Source: Leucoraja ocellata (Eukaryota). From it: a stretch of 64,000 bases of DNA. The DNA lies in the NCBI GenBank assembly GCA_036785375.1, contig JAWMAR010000563.1, forward strand, positions 1,054,001-1,118,000, given 5' to 3'. The notes beneath the pieces are model-generated. The model did no database searches. It saw only the letters and a list, made by a program, of their open reading frames with translations, and was not told the origin of the DNA. Below, piece by piece: positions 11,501-23,500 of this stretch. The translations under genes and the position numbers were made by a program. Each line of letters opens with the position of its first letter. The first letter of the stretch is position 1.

Positions 11501-14500
11501 CTTAAAGGAAGTATAAGAGGAAGGGATATTTAGAGAGCAATTCTACAACTTAGGCCTGCTCTTCAGATGAAGTACTTAGATTTGTGAATAATCAGGATGT
11601 TATACTGACCTCACTACCATCGAAGGGATCCACACGACACCCTGCCTCAAAAAGGTAGCCAACATCATCCCCGTGGCCACGCTTTTAATACCTCCCACCA
11701 TGGGGAAGAAAGTATAGGTGGTTGAAAACCATGACCTCCAGGTTGAAGAATAGGTTCCTCCCAACAACTGCAGATGCTGGTTTAAACCAAAGATAGACAC
11801 AAAAAGCTTGAGTAATTCAGCGGGTCAGACAGCGACTCTGGAGAAAGGGAATATGTGGCATTTCAGTTCGAGACCTTCTCTCCAGAGGTGCTGCCTGTCC
11901 CACTGAGTTACTCCAGCATTTTGTGTCTAACTCTAAGTGCTGGATTAACTCAGCTGGTCAGGCAGCATCTCTGGAGAACATGGAGAGATGACATTTAGGG
12001 TCAACACCCTTCCACAGAGTGAAGAAGGGGTCTTGACCCGAAACATCTATCCATCGACACATATCCGTTCTCCAGGGATGCTGCCTGACCCACCAAGGTG
12101 CTCCAGAATTTTGCGTCTATTTCTTTGTGAACCAACATTTGTAGTTCCTTGTTTCTACCATGTAAGTTGACTGTCATTTGTAGGTAAGTGATAGAATCTG
12201 GAGAGAGATGATGGGAATTTACAGAGAATAAGAATGGGTTGGACAAGAGCAAGAGTTTAATTGTCATCTGTCCTGGCAATGGAACAATGACATTCTTATA
12301 CACATATTAAATATAAAACAATCAATGACAAAATAATTTAATATTAGATTTACTAGAATGTTGCCTTATTTTCAGCACCTAAGTTACAGAGAAAGGTTGA
12401 ACAAGTTAGGTCTTGATTTTTTTGGAGCGCAGAAGGTTAAGGGGGTACTTGATAGAGGTCTTTAAAATGATGAGAGGGATAGATAGAATTGATGTGGATT
12501 AGCTTTTTCCATTGACAGTAGGGAAGATTCAAACAAGAGGACATGATTTGAGAATTAAGGAACAGAAGTTTAGGGGTAACATGAGGGGGAACTTCTTTAC
12601 TCAGAGAGTGGTAGCGGTGTGGAATGAGCTCCCAGTGGTAATGGTGGAGGCAGGTTCGTTGGTATCATTTAAGAATAAATTGGATAGGCATATAGATGAG
12701 AAGGGAATGGAGGGTTATGGTCTGAGTGCAGGTAGATGGGACTAGGGGAGAATACGTGTTCGGCGCGGACTAGAAGGGTTGAGAGGGCCTGTTTCCGTGC
12801 TGTAATTGTTATATGGTTATATACTACGTAACCAGACCATAACAGTGGAAATACAAAACTGCAACCAAAATAAAGTCCATCATAGATCAGAGTTGTTGAG
12901 GTAAGGTTGTGATTAGTGTTGTGCAGTGTTTAAAAGCCTGCTGCCCGTGAGAAAAAAGCTGCTCTTCAACCTGGAGCTAACAGTTCTCAGGTTTTCTAAC
13001 CTCAAAGGTAGTTCATTGTTTTAATGGTATTTTATTTGTGGCATGTACCGAGGTACAGTGAAATTCATTTGTGTATACAGTGTAGTAAAGGTATCACTGT
13101 ATATAAGCCCTTAGATACGTCTTAGATAAGCATGTCAGATACAGTACAAGTGTATAGCAGTAGTACGCTGAGACAGTATACAGTGTCGCCAGTTTTTGGT
13201 GCCATTTTCACGGCCCTCAAGTTGTAAGTAAGGGTTCTAGGCCTGACCATGAGGCCCATTGTCCTGGCATTGTTGCAGGTTTGGACTGGCCATGTGAAGC
13301 TGTGGTATCCTCTACTGCTGCAGGGCTCAACTGGTATATGTGGTATATCTCTGGAGAGAGATGATGGGAATTTACAGAGAATAAGAATGGGTTGGACAAG
13401 AGCAAGAGTTTAATTGTCATCTGTCCTGGCAATGGAACAATGACATTCTTATACACATATTAAATATAAAACAATCAATGACAAAATAATTTAATATTAG
13501 ATTTACTAGAATGTTGCCTTATTTTCAGCACCTAAGTTACAGAGAAAGGTTGAACAAGTTAGGTCTTTATTTTTTTGGAGCAACAATGCCAGGAGCGTGG
13601 AGTATGATGAGAGGGATAGACAGAATTGATGTGGATTAGCTTTTTCCATTGACAGTAGGGAAGATTCAAACAAGAGGACATGATTTGAGAATTAAGGAAC
13701 AGAAGTTTAGGGGTAACATGAGGGGGAACTTCTTTACTCAGAGAGTGGTAGCGGTGTGGAATATATGTGCCTGGCCTCTTGGAGCGGCGCCTGGAACAGC
13801 CAAGCCCCCGGCTGCTGCTGGGCCTCCAGCTCCCACTCCACCGTTGAGGCAGTGCATTCCCTCCTGCAGCCAGACTGCCTATAAGCCATCAAACTGACTC
13901 CTTCAACTCTGGCCGGGCGAGCTGGGCCTTCCAGGTGGGTCCTCCATCCTCGGTCCACAGCGAGCAAGAATTCCGTCCATGATGGATGGGCCAGATCTTC
14001 CGGGTGAATTCCTGGTCCAGGGTGGCCGGCCCTGAGAGTATGGCCAGGGTGGTGTGGGTCTCTGATGATATTAGCTGTCATTCTGAGGCAGCACCTCCTG
14101 TAGATCCATTCAATGGTGGGAAGTTATGGTAAAGAATTAGTACTTCATGGTCAGAATGGACTCTGTCGGCTGAAGGTTCTGTTTGTGTGTCTCTGTGACT
14201 ATATATGTGCACATATCATTGTGAAGGGGGCCCTCAAAGTATTGATCTTTAAAATGCTAAATCCTTCTATCCAGGGATGCTGCCTGTTCCACTGCGTTAC
14301 TCCAGCATTTTGTCTCTATCTTTGGTGTAAACCAGCATCTGCAATTCCTTCCTACACAAATACAGGAAGGATCCAAACAATGGGTTCTGTTTGTATGGAG
14401 TTTGTACGATCTTCCTGTGACTGCTCGGGTTTCTTGTGGATGTTCCGGTTTCCTCCCACATTCCAAAGACGTGTGGGTTTGTAGGTTTATTGGCCTCTGT

Positions 14501-17500
14501 AAATTGTCCTGAGTTTGTAGGATGTGAAACAGGGAAACCATAAAACTAGTGTTTGGGTGATTGATGGTGAGCACAGACTCAGTGGGCAGAAAGGCCTGTT
14601 TCCATGCTGCATCTGTTAAATAAGATTGGTGAGCATGATACCCGAATTCAAACGTCACGGAAAAACCAACACATTTTAGTTTGTACAGACAAGAACACTC
14701 AATAAAGTTTTATTCAAAGAGAACAACAAAGTAATAAAGGTTTGCAGGTACAAAGTCCACCAGTGAGCATTGCTTAATCTAATCTTATACTTAGCACATT
14801 GTAGACGTAGAGCATTCAGTACAGGGAGGCTGTCCCATTGGAGGGGACGAGAACAAAGGGGGAGCTGTGGGGGTGGGGTCTGCTGCCATGTGCGGCAACA
14901 GGCAGTGGAAAGGACTGCTTGGTACTTTTATAACTTTTGTAGCTTTGTCTGCGCCAACACATGGCAACACTTTTGTACTACCTAGGTTCAGTTTAGTTTA
15001 TTGTCACGTGTACCGAGGTACAGTGAAAAGCTTTTTGTCGCTTGCTAACCAGTCAGTAGAAAGACAATACATGGTTAAATTCAATGCATTTACAGTGTAG
15101 AGATACATGATAAGGGAATAATGTTTAGGGTGAGGTGAAGCCAGCAAAGTCCTGTCAAGGATAGACTGAGGTTGTATGGAAAACAAAGCATTTCACTAAG
15201 CCCAGGTCCCCTAGGTACATGTGACAATACAGTATTCAATTCATTGACAATTCATTCTTTCCATCATTCATTAGTTCTGTTCCTCCCAACTTTATTTTCC
15301 ATAGAACACAGACACCCATGGCCGCCAATGCCATTAACCTGTGTTGAGCTGGTTAATGGATTTTGTGAAATACGGCCTCGTAGTGCCAGAGACCCAGGTT
15401 CAATCCTGACCTCGGGTCTGCCTATGCGGAGTTTGCACGTTTCGCTGTGACCACGTGGGCTTCCTCCAGGTGCTCCGGTTTCATCCCACACCCCAAAGGC
15501 ATGCAGGTTTGTGAGTTAATTTGCCGATGTAAATTGCCCCGAGTGGAAGGAGTGGACGAGAAAGTGGAATAACTAGAGTGAATGGGAGATCAATGGTCAG
15601 CATAGGCTCAGTGGGCCAAAGGGCCCATTTCCATGCTGTAACTCTAAACTAACCTAAAGACCAATAAAATTACTGATGTATTGCAAGTGGCTGGATTCAA
15701 ACTATTTAAACTACTAAAGACAGGTTCTGACTGAAAACGTTACCTGTCCTATCCATCCACAGATGCTGCCTGACTCGCTGAGTTCCTCCAGTATTTCATT
15801 GCTGAAGATTCCAACATGTCTGTATATAATCTACTTGTTTGAATAACACTGTTGTTTGGTATTTTATGTGATATTTTTGCATTAGAATTGCATGCTGAAA
15901 TGTTCGTACCTTGAACAAAGGGCAGTCACAAAGGTGGTGCAGCACGAGACAGTGAGTGCAGTGCCAGAGACCCGGGTTCGATCCCGATGTCTGTACGGAG
16001 TTCGTACATTCTCCCTGTGACCTGCGTGGATTTTCTCCGAAATCTTCGGTTTCCTCCCACATTCTAAAGACGTGTAGGTTTAGAGGTTAATTGGCTTGGT
16101 AAATGTAAAAATAATTGCTAGTGGATGTTAATGTGCGGGGATCACTGGTCGGCACGGACCCGGTGGGCCAAAGGGCCTGTTTCCGTGCTGTATCTGTAAA
16201 CACAGCTATGTTGAACATTGTTGGAAAGGATAGCAGTTCAATAATGTATGCAGGAATAGTAATGTTAAAATTGACATTAGTAAAATACAGAAAACACTGG
16301 CAATATGCAGTGGGTCATATGTGGGAAGGAAAGCAGAGCTAATGCTTCAGGCCAGTGACCCTTCAGGACCAGGAAGGAGGAGAAAGAAGAAACGAGGAAC
16401 TTAAGAAGCTGGTTAACAAAAAAAAACAGTGTTGGAATAACTCAGTGGGACGGGCAGCATTACTTGAGAACGTGGGATGGTGATGATTCGGGCTGGGACC
16501 ATTCTTCAGACTGATTGTGAGGGTAAATAGAGCTAGAAGTGAGGTGGGGGGGGGGGGGGGGGCAGGACAAAGGAACTATGCACGGTTATTCCCAGATCCC
16601 TCTGTTCAACTGCATTCTTCAATTCCCTACCATTTACCATGTACGTCCTATTTTGATTTGTCCTGCCAAGGTGTAGCACCTCACATTTATCAGCATTAAA
16701 CTCCATCTGCCATCTTTCAGCCCATTCATCCAATTGGCCTAAATCACTCTGTAGACTTTGGAAATCCTCTTCATTATCCACAATCTTGGTATCATCTGCA
16801 TACTTACTAATCCAATTTACCACACCTTCATCCAGATCATTGATGTACATGACAAACAACAAAGGACCCAACACAGATCCCTGAGGCACCCCACTAGTCA
16901 CCTGCCTCCAACCCGACAAACAGCCATCCACCATTACCCTCTGGCGTCTCCCATTCAGCCACTGTTGAATCCATCTTGCTACTCCTGCATTTATACCCAA
17001 CAGTTGAACCTTCTTAACCAACCTTCCACGAGGAACCTTGTCAAAGGCCTTACTAAAGTCCATATAGACAACATCCACTGCTTTACCCTCGTCAATTTCC
17101 CTAGTAACATCTTCAAAAAAATCACGAAAATTAGTCAAACATGACCTTCCAGGCACAAATCCATGTTGACTGTTCCTAATCAGACCCTGTTTATCCAGAT
17201 GTCTCTCCAATGGACCAATTTTATCCCTCATTATCCTTTTGCTATTAATATAGCTGTAGAAACCCTTTGGATTTACTTTCACCTTACTTGCCAAAGCAAC
17301 CTCGTGTCTTTTAGCTTTTCTAATTTCTTTCTTAAGATTCTTTTTACTTTCTTTATACTCCTCAAGCACCTCATTTACTTCATGCTGCCTATAATTATTG
17401 TAGATCTCCCTCTTTTTATGAACAAGGTGTCCAATTTCCCTTGAAAACCAGGGCTCTTTCCAATTTTTACTGTTTCCTTTCAACCGAACAGGAACATAAA

Positions 17501-20500
17501 GATTCTGTACTCTTAAAATTTCCCCTTTAAATGTCCTCCATTTCTCTTCCACATCCTTCCCATAAAACAAAATGTCCCAGTTCACTCCTTTTAAATCATT
17601 TCGCATCGCATCAAAGTTAGCCTTTCTCCAATCAAAAATCTCAACCCTAGGTCCAGTTCTGACCCTCTCCATAATTATATTGAAACTAATGGTATTGTGA
17701 TTACTGGACCCGAAGTGCTCCCCAACGCATACCTCCGCCACCTGGCCCGTCTCATTTCCTAACAGGAGGTCCAGCACTGCCCCTCCTCTAGTAGGTACCT
17801 CTATGTATTGCTGCAAAAAACTATCCTGCACACATTTTACAAACTCCAAACCATCCAGCCCATTTACAGAATGTGTTTCCCAGTCTATGTGTGGAAAGTT
17901 GAAATCTCCCACAATCACTACCTTGTGATTACTACTAATATCTGCTATCTCCTTACATATTTGCTCTTCCAATTCTCGATCCCCATTTAGCGGTCTATAA
18001 TACACCTTAGAGTTTAGGATTCGGCAGGAAATGCTAAAAACATGGTTTGGCACTGTGGTGCAGCGGTAGAGTTGCTGCTTTACAGCGCAAGGGGCCCGGG
18101 TTCAATCCTGACTACGGTTTTTGTCTGTATGGCGTTTGTACTATATGTACAAACGCCATACGTTTTTGTACTGTATGGCGTATGGCTATATTTAAGAGGG
18201 AGTTAGATGTGGCCCTTGTGGCTAAGGGGATCAGGGGGTATGGAGAGAAGGCAGGTACGGGATACTGAGTTGGATGATCAGCCATGATCATATTGAATGG
18301 CGGTGCAGGCTCGAAGGGCTGAATGGCCTACTCCTGCACCTAATTTCTATGTTTCTATGTTTCTATGTTTCTATGTACGTACTTCCCATCCCATGACAGG
18401 TGCAGGTTTCCTCCGGGCACTCCGGTTTCCTCCCACACGCCAATGACATACCAATTGCGTTAGTAAAATTCTAAATTGTCTCAAGTGTGTGCATAGAAAT
18501 GTGATAGTTTGCGGGGATCGCTGGTCGGCAAGAAAATGGCGGGCTGTTTCTGCACTGTATCTCTAAATCAAACTAAATACCCAGAAACCTTGGAAAATGT
18601 TAAGCTTAAGGAGAGGAAATCTGAATTCACATTCTGGACCTTCATCATTTAATTTGGAATCTAAAATGTTGCAACTCTATTTATCTCCACAGACGCTGTT
18701 GGATTATTTCCATCGTCTTATTTCTGTGTCAAGTTTATAGCACCACGCCATTATTTTATCCTATTTTCTACTGAAAACGGAAATGTTATTTGGTAGTTTT
18801 TGTAATGTAATCATACCCTAGAACATGGGTCTTTTGCTGATTAATATTGATAGTCGACTCCAGCAATACATTCCTCACGGCTCGAGCAATTGTGCTCTTC
18901 ACCTGCTGTGCATGTATCAGAGAGAAGAGTGTGTAAAAGTGAAGTTATGCCGGCTGAAGTATGTACAGTACATCAGATCTTTATTGTCATTGTGCAGTGT
19001 ACAGTACATTTATGAGAAGGGAGGGGAAATGGGAGATATAGATTAATCACCAGTTCAGAAAACATTTAACAAGGTTACATTTAAAGTGTTTATAAACATT
19101 TGTGAGGTAGGATCAGGTTATTTGACTGGAAGGTCATCTTCCCTGAGTGAATGTGGGTGGTGGGAAAATTGAGAAGGGAGGGAAGTTAATAGGAATGTGA
19201 GATTTACATAGAAACAAAGAAACAATGAAAATACTTTAGGTGCAGGAAGAGGCCATTCGGCCCTTCGAATCATATTATGCAATATGATCATGGCTGATCA
19301 TCCAAAATCATTACCTCGTTCCTGCTTTCCCCCCCATATGATTTGATTCCAATAGCCCTAAGAGCTAAATCTAACTGTCTTGAAAACATCCCATGAATTG
19401 GTCTCCACTGCCCTCTGTGGCAGAGAATACCACAGATTCACAACTATCTGGTTGAAAAAGTTCTTCCTGATCTCAGTTCTCAATAACCTACCCCTTAGTT
19501 TTAAACTGACCCCTGGTTCTGGACTCCTGCAACATTTGGAACAGTTTAGTGTGGGATTAGTGCTTGACCACTCGCACAGACACAAGTTTCTGTGTTCGAT
19601 GACTTTATTTTCCTCAGTGTTTTGGTACAGACGTTAATAGTTTAGTTCAGAGATACAGAGCAGAAACAGGCCCTTCAGCCCACCGAGTCCGCACCGGCCA
19701 GCGATTACCGCACTATCGCTACCACACGCAGGCGCGCACGCACACACACGACACACAATCTAATATTTACACAAAGCCCATTAACCTACAAACCTGTACG
19801 TCTTTGGAGTGTGGGAGGAAATTGAAGGTCTTGGAGAAAACCCATGCAGGTCACGGGGAGAACGTGCAAACTCCGTACAGACAGCACCTGTAGTCAGGAT
19901 CGAACCCGGGTTGCTGGCGCTGTAAGGCAGTAGCTCTACCTCTACTGCACCGTGACCCCCATAATAGTGCTGTCCAAAAGAACAGTTTTCTTGTTTTTCA
20001 TTCATCAATATTCTCACTAGAATGGGCCATAAAAAAGTACTTCCTGTGGAAAACGTTCAGTAACTTGACAATGTCAAAAGAAAACAAATGTAATCTATGA
20101 ACTAGTTGATAGCTGCCTTGCCTCGGCCACCATCCACTGAATGCTGCCACTGAGTGGTATATTTGTGGGGTATTTTGTAGGATGACATGGAATAAAAATA
20201 TACATCACTCATAATTGATTTAAATGGCACACTGGATGGCAGGTTTTATTTACACTCTATGTGTAAACACAGAACAATGCTGCACAGGCAGGATGTACAG
20301 GAAGGAACTGCTGAAGCTGGTTCAATCAGTAGATAGACACATAAAGCTGGAGTAACTCGGTGGACAGGCAGCTTCTCTGGAGGGAAGGAATGGGTGATGT
20401 TTCTGGTCGAGACCCTTTTTCATACAGTATTTTCCGTCCGTGAGATCTAGGCTGACCGTGATGCCTATTTAAATTAATTCCACGTTACCATGTGGTCTAT

Positions 20501-23500
20501 AGCCCTCTATTTCCTGCCTGTTCATGTGTGTGTCTGCATATCCACATATATTGTGCTGTAGTATCTGCATCCACCTCTCCTGAGAGTGTGTTCCAAGCAC
20601 CTACCACTTTCTGTGTCCCAAAGTAGCCTCTTTTGCATCGGCATAGACTGGACCACCATTTTAAAAAGCACTTGCATTCTTTTTGCCAACACCTGCTGGA
20701 TCTCCCAGCTCTAACCCTTTCAACCCTCCCCCCCAACCCCCTTCCCAGTACCAGACCCACCTTTCTGTCTTTAGCTTCTTCCATTGCCAGAGTGAGGACA
20801 CATGCAATCTGGAGGAACAGCACTTCATGTTCTACTTGGATAGCTTACAGTCCAATGTTATGGACATTGAATTGTTCAACTTGAGGCAATACCCTCCCCT
20901 TCCTCCCCGCCCCGCCCCCCCCCCCCACCCCCCCAACACCCATTATTTCCTGTCCACCCTGATGTGCGCCTATTTCTCCCACTAACACCCACCCTCCCAA
21001 TCACTCAGTTCCTTTCCCCTTTGTTTATGCATCTACCTTCCTCAATTCTCTCATTGCACTTTTATCCCCAATCTTTCTCCTCCCCCCCCCACTGTCTCGT
21101 TCCACCTATGGCCCTTCATCTGGCTTTAGATTTCACTCCTCTTATCTCCTTACCTGACGCCATTTGTCTCTTGTGTAAGGAGGAACTGCAGATGCGGTTT
21201 AAACCAAAGATAGACACAAAAAGCTGGAGTAACTCAGCGGGACAGGCAGTATCTCTGGATAGAAGGAATGGGACGTTTCTGGTCGAGACCCTTCTTCAGA
21301 CCCTTTGTAACCTTTTCACCTCTTGCCGTTGCCACTTACTCCACCCATCTACTTATCAAAATCTGTTCTCAAGTCGGACCAGCTTCTTGCTTCCACCCAA
21401 CAAATAGCTTACAATGGCCTGTTTCCCTTATTATCATTACATTTTTGCATATCTTTCATTCATTCTTCTTTATCTCTCGACATCATTGTCTATACCTCTT
21501 GTTTCCCTTATCCTCAAGTAGTCTGAAGAAGAATCTCGACCTGAAAAGGCACCCATTCCTTCTCTCCAGAGATGCTGCCTGACCCACTGAGTTACTCCAG
21601 CATTTTATGGTCTTATCACCTGTATCACTTGCCAGGCTTTGTCCCAGCCCCACCTCTCTTTTTCAGCTTTCTATTACAGTGGAGACTAGAACTGGAGGTT
21701 TAAGGTGATGGGGGAGAAATGTCAAGGGGATGTGAGCAGATGTTTCTCACCACAGTAGTTATCTGGAATGAGCTGCAGGGGAGATGATAGAGGCAGAGAT
21801 AATCACAATGTTTAAAGCATTTGGACTTTTGGTAGGAAAGTCAGGGAGGGATAAGGGCGTAATTCATGTAATTGTAGATAAACATCTCGGTCAGCATAAA
21901 CAAGATTGGGCAAATGGGCCTGTTCATATGCTGCATGATTCCGTTTATTTTAAGATTATTTCTGTGGTTTTCATGTTGCTATCTCTATTCACCAGAATAA
22001 GCACTGAAAATTACTATCAGGCAGTCTACACCAGAGAGAACACTGCCTGAACCAAAGGAAGTGACATATGTAAAATAGGTTCTTTCATTTGTTTTAGTTT
22101 AGCTATACAGCACGGAAACAGGCCCTTCAGCCCACCGAGTCTGCACTGACCAGCGACTACCCCGCACACCAACACTGTCCTATGCACATGAGGGGCAATT
22201 TTACACATGCATCAAGTGAATTAACCTACATTCCTGCACGTCTTTGGAGTGTAGGAGTAAATTAAAGATCTCGGCGAAAATCCACGCAGGTCACGGGGAG
22301 AACGTACTAACTCCGTACAGAGAGCACCCATAGTCAGGATTGAAACTGGGACTCTGGCACTGCAAACACTGGGAGGCAGCAACTCTACCGCTGTGCATCG
22401 TGCCTCCCTTATTGGTAACTTTGTGTGATCTTATTTTGTTAGGGGGCAAATTCTATGGGAAAGCTTTCTCAAAGAGATAGATAATGATGTAGAAACAACA
22501 AATTGCAGATGCTGCTAGTACCAAAGAGAGTCACAAAATGCTGGAGTAACTCAACGGGTCAAACAGCATCTCTGTAGAAAAAGGATAAGTGATGCTGGGT
22601 GAAGCTTCAGGTTGGAAACCTTCTTCAGTCTGATGTGTCGGGTTGGGACACTTCTTCAGACTAACCCTGCTTGAGACTGAAGTAGGGTCTTGACCCGAAG
22701 TGTCATCCAGCCTTTTTTTCCAGAGATGCTGCCGGTCTCGCTGAGTTACTTTAGCACTTTGTGTCTAAGGTTGATAATGAGCTGTTCAATCCTGATTGTT
22801 TGTGATGTTAATTTCTGCATGTTCACAGAGCAGACTGTGGGAGTAAATAGTTGAATAACTAGTCTAGCAGGAAATCTGTGGTATTTGAGGAAGTGTGAAT
22901 GTGGGGCCTCTCCAGTGAGATGATAGGGGAACAAAGGAGGATGTGGTGATGTGGTGAACTATCAGAAAGTCACCAGGAGGTCATATCAAAACAGAAGTTA
23001 AATGTTACATTGATATTTTTAGAGTCTGCTCTTGATGTACTGCCATGGTGCAAGCCGATTTCAACAGCCTACTGTATATTGCAGCTCAAGATGACATAGA
23101 GATATAGCATGGGAACAGGCTCTTCAACCCACCATGCTGAACAGCGATACCTGTACAGTAGCAATATCCTATAGACCAGCAACAATTTACAATCTTTACC
23201 AAAGCCTATTGAACTACAAACTCGGCTTTGGAGTGTGGGAGGAAACTGGAGCACCCAGGGAAAACCCACAGGTAGAATGTAAAAACTGCATGCAGACAGC
23301 ACCCATGGTCAGGATTGAACCTGGCTGTCTTTTGAACTCTAAGGCAGTAACTCTACCTCTGTTCCACTATCACCCTTGTTTAGAAACATAGAAAATAGGT
23401 TCAGGAGTAGGCCATTCGGCCCTTCGAGCTTGCTCCGCCATTCAATATGATCATGGCTGATCATCCAACTCAACATCCTGTACCTGCCTTCTCTCCATAC

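Noticed and set aside
15925-16000. tRNA genes suggested by A/B-box motifs (also 18049, 24448, 44650)
   Set aside because: These are tRNA-derived SINE heads followed by V-domain and LINE-like tails; no full cloverleaf.
16533-18053. 506-aa ORF as an intact or domesticated RT gene
   Set aside because: CR1 fragment truncated at both ends with a large internal deletion; no splice or promoter evidence.
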